The notes: a model not told the origin generated them from the letters alone. A stretch of 35,569 nt of DNA from Bacteroidota bacterium (GCA_020048595.1 JAIFMH010000378.1:1-35569); one strand, 5' to 3'; numbered from the stretch's first letter, positions 9,340 through 18,820 are shown. Translations and numbers: made by a program.

Positions 9340-11031
9340 ATGAAAATATTCATCCATTATCTTTTAGTAATCTTACTTTCTTTGATAGTAAGACCTGCTG
9401 CAGCAACACAACTGTATCCTTTTTCAGGCAATACTGCTGAAAAGGTTGTGTTAAGTACCGATCGATCCATATATATTGCAGGTGAACAGATTCAATTTTC
9501 GGCTACTTTATTTAACAGCGAAGCTGAAAATATTGCTGCGCTTAGTAAAATAATGTATTGTGAACTCATCACTCCGAACGGGAAAGTAATTGCCAATAAC
9601 AAATTCTCAATCAGCAATTCAATTTCTTCAGGCTGTATAAATATTCCAATTGAAATATTTACCGGAACATATTACATAAGGGCATATACAAAACGTATGC
9701 GTGAATACGGTCCTTTATCATATGAATACAGACAAATAAGGCTAATAAATCCTAACCGACCCGATGTTTTATCAGCTGAAAACAATCAAACCTTACCTGT
9801 TCAGCAATTTACCCAGGTACAACCTGAAGGAATGGATAATTTGCTTTCTGTATTTCTGGATAAAGCAGTTTATACTCCCCGCGATACTATCAATTTCGCA
9901 TATGAACAAATAAATGGTTCAAAAGTGAGTATCAAAAGTATGTGTATATCAGTTATACCTGAAAACGCTAAATCTTTGTTGTCCAAAAATCTTACGCCAG
10001 AAGAAAAAGTGAAATTTATTCCGGGGTTTTATCCGGAAACACGCGGACTTTCGTTGTCAGGCAGACTTACAGAAGCATCATCAACAATTCCGGTAATTGA
10101 TAAAAAAGTTAATTTGTCAATCATTGGCGAAGGGCGCGATTTTATGGCTGTAAGAACTGACAGCAGCGGATATTTTTACTTTGCGTTACCAGATTATTTG
10201 GGATCGAGAGACTTATTTTTATGCGCTGAAAAAACACCTTCACAGGTTGTAAAAATATGGGTTGACAATGATTTTTGTACCACTCCAATCCATTTGCCAT
10301 CGCCGGTATTCGCATTATCTGATAAGGAAAGGCAATTGGTGCGTGACATGGCCCAAAATGTGCAGATTAACTCCTATTTCCAGCCTGCTGTGCTTATTGA
10401 CAGCCTTGGCCCGTTAAAAGATACCAATGCGTTTTACGGCAAGCCCACTACAATTCTGTATATTGAAAAATATATTATGCTGCCTACGCTCGATGAATAT
10501 TTTAATGAATTGCCCAGCCAGGTAAAAGTCCGCAAGCGAAAAGGCGAATCTTATTTTGCTGTGCAAGGTTCAGCCAATATCAGGTTTTATGATCCACTTG
10601 TATTGGTCGATTGGGTTGCGGTTGACGAACCTTCAAAAATACTGGCCGCTACGCCACAGAATTTCTCACGAATTGAAGTTGTTAACGAGGATTATTTAAA
10701 AGGCGGGCAAATTTATGGAGGTATAATCAGTTTCATTTCAAAGAAAGGTGATTTTGCAGGAATCGATCTGCCGTCAGCCGGCATTTTTGTTAATTACCGT
10801 TTCCTTGCTGAAAACCAATGCACCGAAAACATCAATGTTTCCAATGCCACTCATCCGGATTCACGAAATACAATTCTGTGGAAACCTGGTGTAAACATCC
10901 AAATAGGCAAGCCTGAAAAATTAATATTTACAGCGCCTGACACACCAGGAAAATATTCAGTAGTTATGGAAGGAAGTACAGTAAATGGAGAATTATTCTC
11001 AATTACAAGCCCTTTTGAAGTTAACAATTGA
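9340..11031 (+). CDS. Exported mosaic protein: MG2/macroglobulin-like N-terminus, Ig-like middle, TonB plug-like domain, alpha-2-macroglobulin-like C-terminus
   Basis: 563 aa with signal peptide. MG2-like TDRSIYIAGEQIQF and TGTYYIRAYT; LSGRL...TDSSGYFYF; plug-like PLVLVDW...RIEVV...YGGIISFISKKG; A2M-like DSRNTILWKP...APDTPGKYSVVMEG. Starts 1 nt after the upstream stop. Confidence 0.7.
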   Translation: MKIFIHYLLVILLSLIVRPAAATQLYPFSGNTAEKVVLSTDRSIYIAGEQIQFSATLFNSEAENIAALSKIMYCELITPNGKVIANNKFSISNSISSGCINIPIEIFTGTYYIRAYTKRMREYGPLSYEYRQIRLINPNRPDVLSAENNQTLPVQQFTQVQPEGMDNLLSVFLDKAVYTPRDTINFAYEQINGSKVSIKSMCISVIPENAKSLLSKNLTPEEKVKFIPGFYPETRGLSLSGRLTEASSTIPVIDKKVNLSIIGEGRDFMAVRTDSSGYFYFALPDYLGSRDLFLCAEKTPSQVVKIWVDNDFCTTPIHLPSPVFALSDKERQLVRDMAQNVQINSYFQPAVLIDSLGPLKDTNAFYGKPTTILYIEKYIMLPTLDEYFNELPSQVKVRKRKGESYFAVQGSANIRFYDPLVLVDWVAVDEPSKILAATPQNFSRIEVVNEDYLKGGQIYGGIISFISKKGDFAGIDLPSAGIFVNYRFLAENQCTENINVSNATHPDSRNTILWKPGVNIQIGKPEKLIFTAPDTPGKYSVVMEGSTVNGELFSITSPFEVNN

Positions 11032-11160
11032 TAACAGAGATTATCGCTGGTTGTTTTGAGGTAGTTATCATTGGACTAAAAATGTACATTTACTAATCCT
11101 AAGACTTAACAATCGCTTAATGGCTTAAACTTCCCTCAAATGCTTTTCTCAAGATAAAGA

Positions 11161-11193
11161 TTTGTCGCGTATTTATATTTATTGATACATTTG
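11161..11193 (+). promoter_or_regulatory. Canonical Bacteroidota -33/-7 promoter
   Basis: TTTG (11161-11164), 21-nt spacer, then TACATTTG (11186-11193), upstream of 11283. Confidence 0.7.
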
Positions 11194-11282
11194 GCAGGAA
11201 TACATTATTCTATTTATTGGTTGCCTGACTCTCTTATTCCATACATAATCTAAGTTAACTCACTCTCTATAAAACCGTTGAT

Positions 11283-12131
11283 ATGAAAATAACATTTACT
11301 AAATTGCAGGTAATTATCGTATTTCTTATTGCGAATCTGTGTAACTCATCATTTGTTTTTTCGCAATCATTAACTTCAGTTGAAAAATCCACGGTGCAAA
11401 AAATAGTTATTCTGCTAACAGATACTGATGGTGATGGTGTTTCTGACGAAAATGATAATTGCCCGAATACATTTAATCCGACACAAGTAGATTCAGATGC
11501 AGATATGATAGGTGATGCATGCGATCATTGCCCGAATGTTGCAAATCCTGATCAATTGGATTCGGATAATGATATGATAGGTGATGCATGCGATAATTGC
11601 CCCAATGTTGCAAATCCTGATCAATCGGACTCTGATAATGATATGATTGGTAATGTTTGCGATAATTGCCCGAATGTTGCAAATCCTGATCAAATGGATT
11701 CCGATGGAGATAGGATCGGGAATGTATGTGATAATTGCACGAATGTTGCAAATCCTGATCAATTAGATTCGGATATTGACATGATAGGTGATGTTTGTGA
11801 TAATTGCCCGAATGCTGCAAATCCTGATCAATCTGACTCAGATATCAATGGAATTGGCAATGCGTGTGAAACTGTTGGAATTGACAATCTCTCAGATGCA
11901 AACTCATTTTTAGTTTACCTCGATCCGCATTCAAATACGCTTATTGTGAATGGAAAGGGAATCAGTAATATCGAAGTTTATACTGTTTCGGGCGAAATTG
12001 TTGTTAAAAAACATTCAAATTCAAACAGAACTTCAATAGACTTATCCAACAACGCTCCTGGTATTTATTTTGTTAAAACAACTACAAAATCGAAAATAAC
12101 AGTGAAAAAGATCCTGCTGACATCCAAATAG
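11283..12131 (+). CDS. Thrombospondin type-3 repeat protein with T9SS type-A C-terminal sorting domain
   Basis: Signal peptide ending VFS-Q; six DNCPxxxNPDQxDSDxDxIGxxC repeats. C-terminal NIEVYTVSGEIV...IDLSNNAPGIYFVK...KKILL is a typical T9SS CTD. Confidence 0.88.
   Translation: MKITFTKLQVIIVFLIANLCNSSFVFSQSLTSVEKSTVQKIVILLTDTDGDGVSDENDNCPNTFNPTQVDSDADMIGDACDHCPNVANPDQLDSDNDMIGDACDNCPNVANPDQSDSDNDMIGNVCDNCPNVANPDQMDSDGDRIGNVCDNCTNVANPDQLDSDIDMIGDVCDNCPNAANPDQSDSDINGIGNACETVGIDNLSDANSFLVYLDPHSNTLIVNGKGISNIEVYTVSGEIVVKKHSNSNRTSIDLSNNAPGIYFVKTTTKSKITVKKILLTSK
11454..11867 (+). repeat. Intragenic tandem repeat, 6 x 69 bp (23-aa TSP3 unit)
   Basis: gataattgcccgaatgttgcaaatcctgatcaa... recurs every 69 nt in frame. 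Confidence 0.92.
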
Positions 12132-12224
12132 AGTGTCGGAACTTCAGGTATATTAAATAGTAACTTAGCGATTCCCAAATCTGAAGCAACTTTTTATTTA
12201 CCAAACTGTATAATTCCAAAAAGT

Positions 12225-15056
12225 TTATTTGGCATTTACTCTGTTTAGCGCATCTTGCTTAAGTTTCTCTGCTTCGGCGCGGGCTTTGTTTAAAATGGCG
12301 TCGGATTGTTTCTGCGCTTCGGCAATAACTTTTGCAGCCTGAACATCACCTTCCTTCTTGATTTTTTCAGCACCTTTTTTAGCTACCAACTCAGCAATTG
12401 AACCATTCTTCTTCCCTTCGGCAATCAATCTTTTTCCGGATGAATCAGCAGCGAAACGAACTTCATCAGCAGCCTTGTTTGCAGAAACCATAAGCTTCTG
12501 GCTTTGCTTCTCAGCTTCAGCTATAAGTTTGGCAGCTTCGGCATCGGCCTGGGCTATCAATGTGCTGGCTTCCTCTTTAACTTTTGCAACAACTTCTTCC
12601 TTTTTCTTTTCAATCTCTTCAATGGCTTGTTTTTTCATATCTTCAGCCAAACCAGCCATAGCTGATTTTATTCCGGTTGTAATTTTAGGATCGGTAGCTG
12701 TACCACCAATAAGTATGGTAATTGGAACAATATCTCCCAGATTTACATTCACACCTTTTTTTGATGCATCTTTCACCAATCCATCCAAAACACTGTTAGC
12801 TTTAGCGCCAAATTCGGCCCGTGGGATATCAAGTATAAGAATAAAATTCAACACCTGGTCGAGGCCGGTAGTTCCCGAAATATTAGCTTTGTACGAGCCC
12901 AGCTTGAAATCCATTGGTTTCACAGTGGCTTTTCCTTCTACAACATCGAATGAGAGATTGATATTTTCGAGCGATGGATTTCTAAGTTTTTCAATTTTCA
13001 GAATATCAGCAATTTTGCCAAAAGTGTTGAGATTAACCAATCCAAGTGCATCCGAAAGAACCAGTCCATATGCCGAAACGGACGTAAGCTCGGGCATCAT
13101 ATCTTTTTTAAGCGCTCCCTTAAATTTCAGATTCGTGCTGATATCTCCATTAAGTTTATTAGCAATAGGCGCAAATTTCTGAATAGAAGTAAATGCATTG
13201 AAAGTCTGTTTCACATCCATATTTTTTACCTGTAAATCCATATCAACCAATGGCTTGCCAGGATTAAATGTACTGTACGAGCCTTTTAGAGCCATGGAAC
13301 CTCCAAGCATGCTCAGCTTTAATCCTTCGAGCAGCAATGTGTGATCTTTCACTTTTACTATGCCTGCAACATCACTCATATCATACGTATCGTAAACCAG
13401 TCTTTTAAATGATGTATTAAGAGTGATATCCATATTCCCGGGAATTTCGACAACAGTAAGAGCTGCAGTATCTTTAACAGCTTCAGGCGAAGCAGTTCCT
13501 GCCATCAGACTATTAATATCCATAAAACTGGACGTTGTTGTAAGCGATCCCTTCAACATTGCGTTTTTCTTCATAATATAAGGGATGTAATTCTCAATCT
13601 TACCATCAGCCGCCAGGTCGCTTTTCCCAATCCTCATAGCCAGCCCCGACAGCTGAGCGTAAGCCGGAGTAAAATCCATCCGGGCTTTGCTGATAACAAC
13701 AGGCTGCGGCACTTCTACGCCTTCATACACAAAATTATCGACAGTTGCATAGCCGGAAGCCTTAAACTGATCATACGCCCCTTTTTCGATGGCTGAAATT
13801 TTTCCATTGAAAGCCATATCCGCGTTTACAATACCTGATACTTTGGTTTTATCTCCTAATGGATACACTTTCGACACATTTTGAAGATTTACTTTTCCCT
13901 TTACCGTTGCATTAATATCCGGATCTGAAACAGGCGTGCGAAGAGCAAGTGTAATATCAACAGGACTCTGCATTATGCTCAGGTGCATTCGGGGAACATC
14001 AACAGTAGTATGATCCATTACTCCGTCAGGATTAGCAATTTTTGCCTGCAGATTTACATCCGACACCTTTCCCGGCAGACCCGGATAGCTGAACATTCCA
14101 TCAGCTACCTTCAGGTTAATAGCAAAGGCCGGTATTGATACATCGTTGTACAAACCCTTTACAAATCCATCGAAAGCCATGGTTCCTGATGTTTCTACAT
14201 TATCAAAATCCTTGGAATAAATGGCAGGGATAAGCGACAGAAATGCTTTGAAGGTATTTTCCTTTGCAGCAAATTTGATATCCATTTTATACCCTTCGTC
14301 GGGCATAGCAAAAAATCCGTCAGCTGTAATATTCAGATCATTCAGCCTCATAACTCCATCTTTAAAGGTAAATGTCCAGGTGGAAAGGTCAGCATTTAAC
14401 AATGTGGTTACTTCGCCATTTGATTTGCTCATGTAACGGATTCCATCGTAATCGTAAGTTATATCCCTGATCACTGCCTGAATATCCAGCGAAGTAATAT
14501 CAGCCGTCATATCGCCGCTCAAAGTTCCTGTTAATCCATCGAATGCAAGCATGGTAGGAATTTCGGCATCATCATATACAATACGCGCATCATTGATACT
14601 TACTTTATTCAGATAGACTCTAAAAGCCGATGGTTCAGTAACCGTATCGGCAGCCCCGGTTTCTTTCATGATATCCCAATTGACTTTTCCATTGGCTAAA
14701 ACCTTAAAAAGAAGTCGGGGTGAGTTTAATCCTATCTGTTTAACTTTATATTCATTTCCACCAAATACACTGGCCAGATCTAGAGTAAGTGACAATGCTG
14801 GTATCGAAGCCAGGGTATCTTTTTCAAAATCGCCAGAGCCTCTGACAATAAGGCCCTTAACATTTACAGTAAGATCAGGAAAATGACGAAACAAGGTTAC
14901 TCCTACCCCATCGAAAGTCACCACAGCATTCAGGTTCTTGTTTATTTCGGACTGAACCGCTTCTTGAATTTTGCCTTTAAAAACAAATGGTAACGCAATA
15001 ATTATCAATACCAGAATGCCAATTACGATGGCTGAAATTTTCAATGCTTTCTTCAT
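12225..15056 (-). CDS. AsmA-family envelope protein with C-terminal helical extension
   Basis: 943 aa. N-terminal membrane anchor followed by LPFVFKGKI and LFRHFPDLTV; NGKVNWDI; repeated beta-taco-type segments; AsmA-like C-region ISGTTGLDQVLNF and IGGTATDPKI. Confidence 0.85.
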   Translation of the reverse strand: MKKALKISAIVIGILVLIIIALPFVFKGKIQEAVQSEINKNLNAVVTFDGVGVTLFRHFPDLTVNVKGLIVRGSGDFEKDTLASIPALSLTLDLASVFGGNEYKVKQIGLNSPRLLFKVLANGKVNWDIMKETGAADTVTEPSAFRVYLNKVSINDARIVYDDAEIPTMLAFDGLTGTLSGDMTADITSLDIQAVIRDITYDYDGIRYMSKSNGEVTTLLNADLSTWTFTFKDGVMRLNDLNITADGFFAMPDEGYKMDIKFAAKENTFKAFLSLIPAIYSKDFDNVETSGTMAFDGFVKGLYNDVSIPAFAINLKVADGMFSYPGLPGKVSDVNLQAKIANPDGVMDHTTVDVPRMHLSIMQSPVDITLALRTPVSDPDINATVKGKVNLQNVSKVYPLGDKTKVSGIVNADMAFNGKISAIEKGAYDQFKASGYATVDNFVYEGVEVPQPVVISKARMDFTPAYAQLSGLAMRIGKSDLAADGKIENYIPYIMKKNAMLKGSLTTTSSFMDINSLMAGTASPEAVKDTAALTVVEIPGNMDITLNTSFKRLVYDTYDMSDVAGIVKVKDHTLLLEGLKLSMLGGSMALKGSYSTFNPGKPLVDMDLQVKNMDVKQTFNAFTSIQKFAPIANKLNGDISTNLKFKGALKKDMMPELTSVSAYGLVLSDALGLVNLNTFGKIADILKIEKLRNPSLENINLSFDVVEGKATVKPMDFKLGSYKANISGTTGLDQVLNFILILDIPRAEFGAKANSVLDGLVKDASKKGVNVNLGDIVPITILIGGTATDPKITTGIKSAMAGLAEDMKKQAIEEIEKKKEEVVAKVKEEASTLIAQADAEAAKLIAEAEKQSQKLMVSANKAADEVRFAADSSGKRLIAEGKKNGSIAELVAKKGAEKIKKEGDVQAAKVIAEAQKQSDAILNKARAEAEKLKQDALNRVNAK

Positions 15057-15078
15057 CTGAACAGAGAGAGTTAATATA

Positions 15079-15086
15079 CAAACTTA
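15079..15086 (-). promoter_or_regulatory. Putative -7 promoter box for the AsmA gene
   Basis: Minus-strand TAAGTTTG, 22 nt upstream of the ATG at 15056. Confidence 0.55.
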
Positions 15087-15108
15087 ACGTAAAATTGCGG
15101 TTTTTATT

Positions 15109-16191
15109 CTACAACCGTGACGACCGGTTTCGAAGTAAATGATCAGCTATGACCAGTGCAGCCATGGCTTCTACAATGGGAACTGCGCGGGGAACAACCA
15201 CAACATCATGCCTTCCTTTGGCAGCCAGCACAATATTTTCGCCCTTGTTATTAACCGAAGGCTGTGATTGCAGAATAGTTGCTATCGGTTTAAATGCTAC
15301 CTTGAAAACGATATCGCTTCCGTTACTGATCCCGCCCTGGATTCCGCCTGAATGGTTGGTTGCAGTTTTTATTCCGCCTTCGCCATTGGAAACAAAAATA
15401 TCGTTATGCGTAGAACCTCGCATGGAAGGTGCATTAAAACCTTCGCCGTATTCAAATCCTTTCGCAGTATTAATACTCATGGCAGCTTTGGCAAGATCGG
15501 CCTGGAGTTTATCAAATACCGGCTCACCCAATCCCGGAGGAACACCGTTAATAATGCAGGTGATTGTACCACCGGTTGTATCACCTTCCAGTTTGAGTTT
15601 TGTGATGAGTTCAATCATTTTATCCGATGCTTCAGTATCAGGACAACGGACCGGACTATTTTCAATTTCATCAAGCTGATCAATTGTGAAGTCGCGGCTT
15701 GCATTCACTTCACCGATGCTGCTTACATACGCTTTAACCTGGATACCTGAATTTTGGAGCAGGAGTTTTGCAACAGCACCACCGGCAACGCGCGAAAGCG
15801 TTTCGCGGGCCGAAGAGCGGCCACCTCCGCGATAATCGCGGAATCCGTATTTGCTGTCGTATGTATAATCAGCATGCGAAGGACGGTATGCATCTTTCAG
15901 GTGATCATAATCAAAACTATGATGATCTTTATTCCTGATTTCAAAAGCAATAGGCGATCCGGTTGACCTGCCTTCGAAAACTCCTGAGAGTATCTCAATC
16001 GTATCACTTTCATCGCGGGGAGAAGTCATGGCTGACTGCCCGGGCCGACGGCGATTGAGTTCATTTTGAATAAATTCCAGATCGATTACCAGCCCTGCAG
16101 GGCATCCATCAATAATACCGCCAAGGGCGATTCCGTGCGACTCACCAAAAGTGGTAAGCCTGAATATGGTTCCGAATGTGTTTGCTGACAT
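15109..16191 (-). CDS. aroC: Chorismate synthase
   Basis: NTFG...[62 protein letters not shown]. Likely start is ATG 16191 (MSANTFG); the track's extra 15 codons overlap a promoter box. Confidence 0.97.
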   Translation of the reverse strand: MSANTFGTIFRLTTFGESHGIALGGIIDGCPAGLVIDLEFIQNELNRRRPGQSAMTSPRDESDTIEILSGVFEGRSTGSPIAFEIRNKDHHSFDYDHLKDAYRPSHADYTYDSKYGFRDYRGGGRSSARETLSRVAGGAVAKLLLQNSGIQVKAYVSSIGEVNASRDFTIDQLDEIENSPVRCPDTEASDKMIELITKLKLEGDTTGGTITCIINGVPPGLGEPVFDKLQADLAKAAMSINTAKGFEYGEGFNAPSMRGSTHNDIFVSNGEGGIKTATNHSGGIQGGISNGSDIVFKVAFKPIATILQSQPSVNNKGENIVLAAKGRHDVVVVPRAVPIVEAMAALVIADHLLRNRSSRL

Positions 16192-16195
16192 TGTA

Positions 16196-16203
16196 CAAAG
16201 GTA
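16196..16203 (-). promoter_or_regulatory. Putative -7 promoter box directly before the aroC start
   Basis: Minus strand reads TACCTTTG-taca-ATG. Confidence 0.55.
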
Positions 16204-16292
16204 AGTATAATATAGAATCACAGAATAAAGATCCAAATGATGATTCTGATATTTTAACTATTAAACCAACTTACTTCAGGAAAAATGGCGCT

Positions 16293-16317
16293 AAAAAAAG
16301 CCCCTTCCGGGGCTTTT
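16293..16317 (-). terminator. Intrinsic terminator of the DUF349 gene
   Basis: Minus strand AAAAGCCCC-GGAA-GGGGCTTTTTTT, just after the stop at 16324. Confidence 0.85.
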
Positions 16318-16323
16318 CAAATT

Positions 16324-18684
16324 TTATTGTTGATCTTTTGCAACGTTTCTGAGGATTTTCGCTTTTGCTTCGAGCGAAGCAAGCTCCTCTTTGGCCCGCG
16401 CAATCTTGGCTTCAAATTCAGCCTTTAGAAGGTTGGCTTGCTTTGATTTTGCAAAGAATCCGATATTGTTTTCCCAAAGCAGAATTTCTTCCTTCAGACT
16501 ATCAATTTTGAACTGAAGTCCATTGCGCTCGCGGTTAATTATCCGGCCGGCATCCGGTTGGTCTTTTACATTTTCGTAACGCGAACGATAATTCATCTGG
16601 CTGGCTTCCTGCGAATCCACCTTCAGTTTATCATAAATTTTGTTTACGGCAGCTTTAAATTCAGCCTGAATACGGTCCTTTTCTTTAATAGGAACATGGC
16701 CGGTATCCATCCATTGACGCTGCAGTTCTTTCACTTTTGACAAACTCTCCTGGCGATTTTCGCTGTATTCGAAAGCATTCAGCTTGCTGATGATATCAAG
16801 TTTTATCTGTAGATTTCCACCTTCACTCGCCTGTAATCCTTTGAAATATTCATTCTTGGTGTTAAAGAATTCATCACAGGCGATACGGAAGCGTTTCCAG
16901 ATTTTCTCACTGTGTTTACGAGGTACAGGGCCAATTTTTTTCCATTCATCCTGTAACTTAATAAGTTCGCGTGATGAATTCTTCCAGTCATTGCTAAGCT
17001 TATGTGATTCAGCCTGGAGGCAGAGTTCTACTTTCAGATTATAATTGTTGAGCTGCTGATCTTTCAGTTTACTGAAATACTCCTTTTTGTTTGAAAAATA
17101 AAGATCAAGCTGGGCTTTGAAACGATTCCAGATTTCGTTGTTGACTTTTTGCGGAGCTTGTCCAACAGATTTCCACAACTTAAGTAATTCATTTACCTGG
17201 TTTGTGCTGTCCTGCCATTGCTTGATAGAGTTAAACTCGGTAGCAACAAGTTGTTCCGCTTTTTCACAAAGCAATACTTTGGCAGCCAGATTTGCTTCAA
17301 GATCGCCTTGTATTTGTTTGTAGAATTCGTGGCGACGGTCGTTAATTTTTTCAGTAGCCGTTTTAAAACGATCCCAAACTTCTTCGCGTTTATCCTGCGC
17401 TACCGGACCAACCTCTTTCCACTCTTCGTGAAGTTCCTGTAAGCGCTTGAATGATTGCGTAATAGAAGGCTCCAGAACAAGTTCCTCGGCTTTTTCGCAC
17501 AATTCAATTTTACGCTCCAGGTTTTTGCGCAGATCAAGGTCTTTTAGTTCCTTGTTGATTTTAACCTTATCGAAAAATTTCTCGATAAGGAAATGATAAT
17601 TCTGCCACAAACCCTGGGCTTCGGTTTTGGGAACCATCCCAATACCTTTCCAAAGATCCTGCAACGCTTTAAATTCGTCGTATGTTTTTTTAAGTGTTTC
17701 TTCCGAGTTGATCAATACTTTCAACTCATCCAGAATTTTCTTTTTGGCTTCAAGATTCTGAATTTTAATCTTTTCCTGATCCTCAGTGAAACGGAATTTG
17801 TTATGTTTATATATGCCAAAAGCAGCTTTAAAGCGTTCCTCCAGCGGATCAACAACTTCAAAATTTTCAGCTTCTTCGCTGGCTACTGCAGTCTGATACA
17901 GTTCCTGGCGTTCCTTGTTGGCAATAGCCAGGTAAGCAACTTTAATCTGGGCAACTTTTGATTTTATTTCATTAACATCCTCATTCTGCACAGTTTCTTC
18001 GAGCAGGGATACCAGTTGTTCGCGGTCCATGTGACCATAATCAATATCAACTGATTCTGCAGCAGCAACTTCAGCTTCTATTACGGCATCAATAGCATCG
18101 GCATCATCTGTATTTTCAGCCAAAGTAGTTTCCGGTTCTGTTACTGTTTCAGCAACAACTTCAGGTTCTTCAACCGCAACGGGTTCTGTAACCACTTCTG
18201 CAACTGACTCAGCAACTACTTCGGATTCTTCAATCGCAACGGGTTCTGTAACCACTTCTGCAACTGACTCCGCAACTACTTCTGGTTCCACAACAGCAAC
18301 AGGCTCAGCTACCACTTCATCAGGTTCACTAATAACAGCAGAATCAACAGTAACTTCAGGCTCCGAAACCACTTCTGGTTCAACAGCAATTAAAGTTTCC
18401 ACAACTGCTTCGGGTGTTATAACTGTTTCGGCTGGCAGCGATTCTGTGGTAGGAATTGCTTCTGATTCCGTTGAAACTTCAACATCTGTCTCCGTTTGAC
18501 CGACAACTTCAGCTTGGGTATCTGGTTGAGCAGGTACCTGGATTTCTGATTCTTCAGCAGCGGTTACAACTGGTGATGATGATTCGTCAACTGTGTTTAC
18601 AGCATTTTCCTGCTGTGAATTCTCCTCCTGGTTAAGCGATACTGCTTTCTCAGGATTTTGATCGGGATGTTTGGTGGATTCCAT
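16324..18684 (-). CDS. DUF349 repeat protein with acidic low-complexity N-terminus
   Basis: 786 aa. Repeated LQxxWKxIGxVP...W.RF...FF...NLxxKxxLCExAE helical units; the first ~210 aa are E/V/A/P/T rich. Confidence 0.85.
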   Translation of the reverse strand: MESTKHPDQNPEKAVSLNQEENSQQENAVNTVDESSSPVVTAAEESEIQVPAQPDTQAEVVGQTETDVEVSTESEAIPTTESLPAETVITPEAVVETLIAVEPEVVSEPEVTVDSAVISEPDEVVAEPVAVVEPEVVAESVAEVVTEPVAIEESEVVAESVAEVVTEPVAVEEPEVVAETVTEPETTLAENTDDADAIDAVIEAEVAAAESVDIDYGHMDREQLVSLLEETVQNEDVNEIKSKVAQIKVAYLAIANKERQELYQTAVASEEAENFEVVDPLEERFKAAFGIYKHNKFRFTEDQEKIKIQNLEAKKKILDELKVLINSEETLKKTYDEFKALQDLWKGIGMVPKTEAQGLWQNYHFLIEKFFDKVKINKELKDLDLRKNLERKIELCEKAEELVLEPSITQSFKRLQELHEEWKEVGPVAQDKREEVWDRFKTATEKINDRRHEFYKQIQGDLEANLAAKVLLCEKAEQLVATEFNSIKQWQDSTNQVNELLKLWKSVGQAPQKVNNEIWNRFKAQLDLYFSNKKEYFSKLKDQQLNNYNLKVELCLQAESHKLSNDWKNSSRELIKLQDEWKKIGPVPRKHSEKIWKRFRIACDEFFNTKNEYFKGLQASEGGNLQIKLDIISKLNAFEYSENRQESLSKVKELQRQWMDTGHVPIKEKDRIQAEFKAAVNKIYDKLKVDSQEASQMNYRSRYENVKDQPDAGRIINRERNGLQFKIDSLKEEILLWENNIGFFAKSKQANLLKAEFEAKIARAKEELASLEAKAKILRNVAKDQQ
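18151..18300 (-). repeat. Intragenic 60-bp tandem repeat (~2.5 copies, EPEVVAESVAEVVTEPVAxE)
   Basis: gggttctgtaaccacttctgcaactgactc is identical at 18181 and 18241, with similar flanks. Confidence 0.8.
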
Positions 18685-18820
18685 CTGTTAATGAGTTAGT
18701 AATTAAACTATTGATCGGGATTAAGTAAACCCGCTATTTCATTTAAAAAGCGGTAGGTATGTGCGTTTTTCTTTCGAAAAAGGTCAGTAAATTAGAATTC
18801 CCTTTCAATTAAAGGGACTG

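Noticed and set aside
9340-11031. Call as true bacterial alpha-2-macroglobulin
   Set aside because: About one third of the expected length, with no CxEQ thioester and no adjacent pbpC.
11454-11867. 69-bp periodic array as a possible CRISPR; antisense repeat ORFs 11473-11820 and 11493-11762
   Set aside because: The whole unit repeats in frame with no unique spacers and no cas genes; it encodes TSP3 repeats, and the antisense ORFs are by-products.
12358-13182. 274-aa plus-strand ORF (and similar ones at 15149-15679, 30008-30367)
   Set aside because: Codon-aligned antisense shadows of well-supported genes, with the typical S/F/I/A-rich composition.
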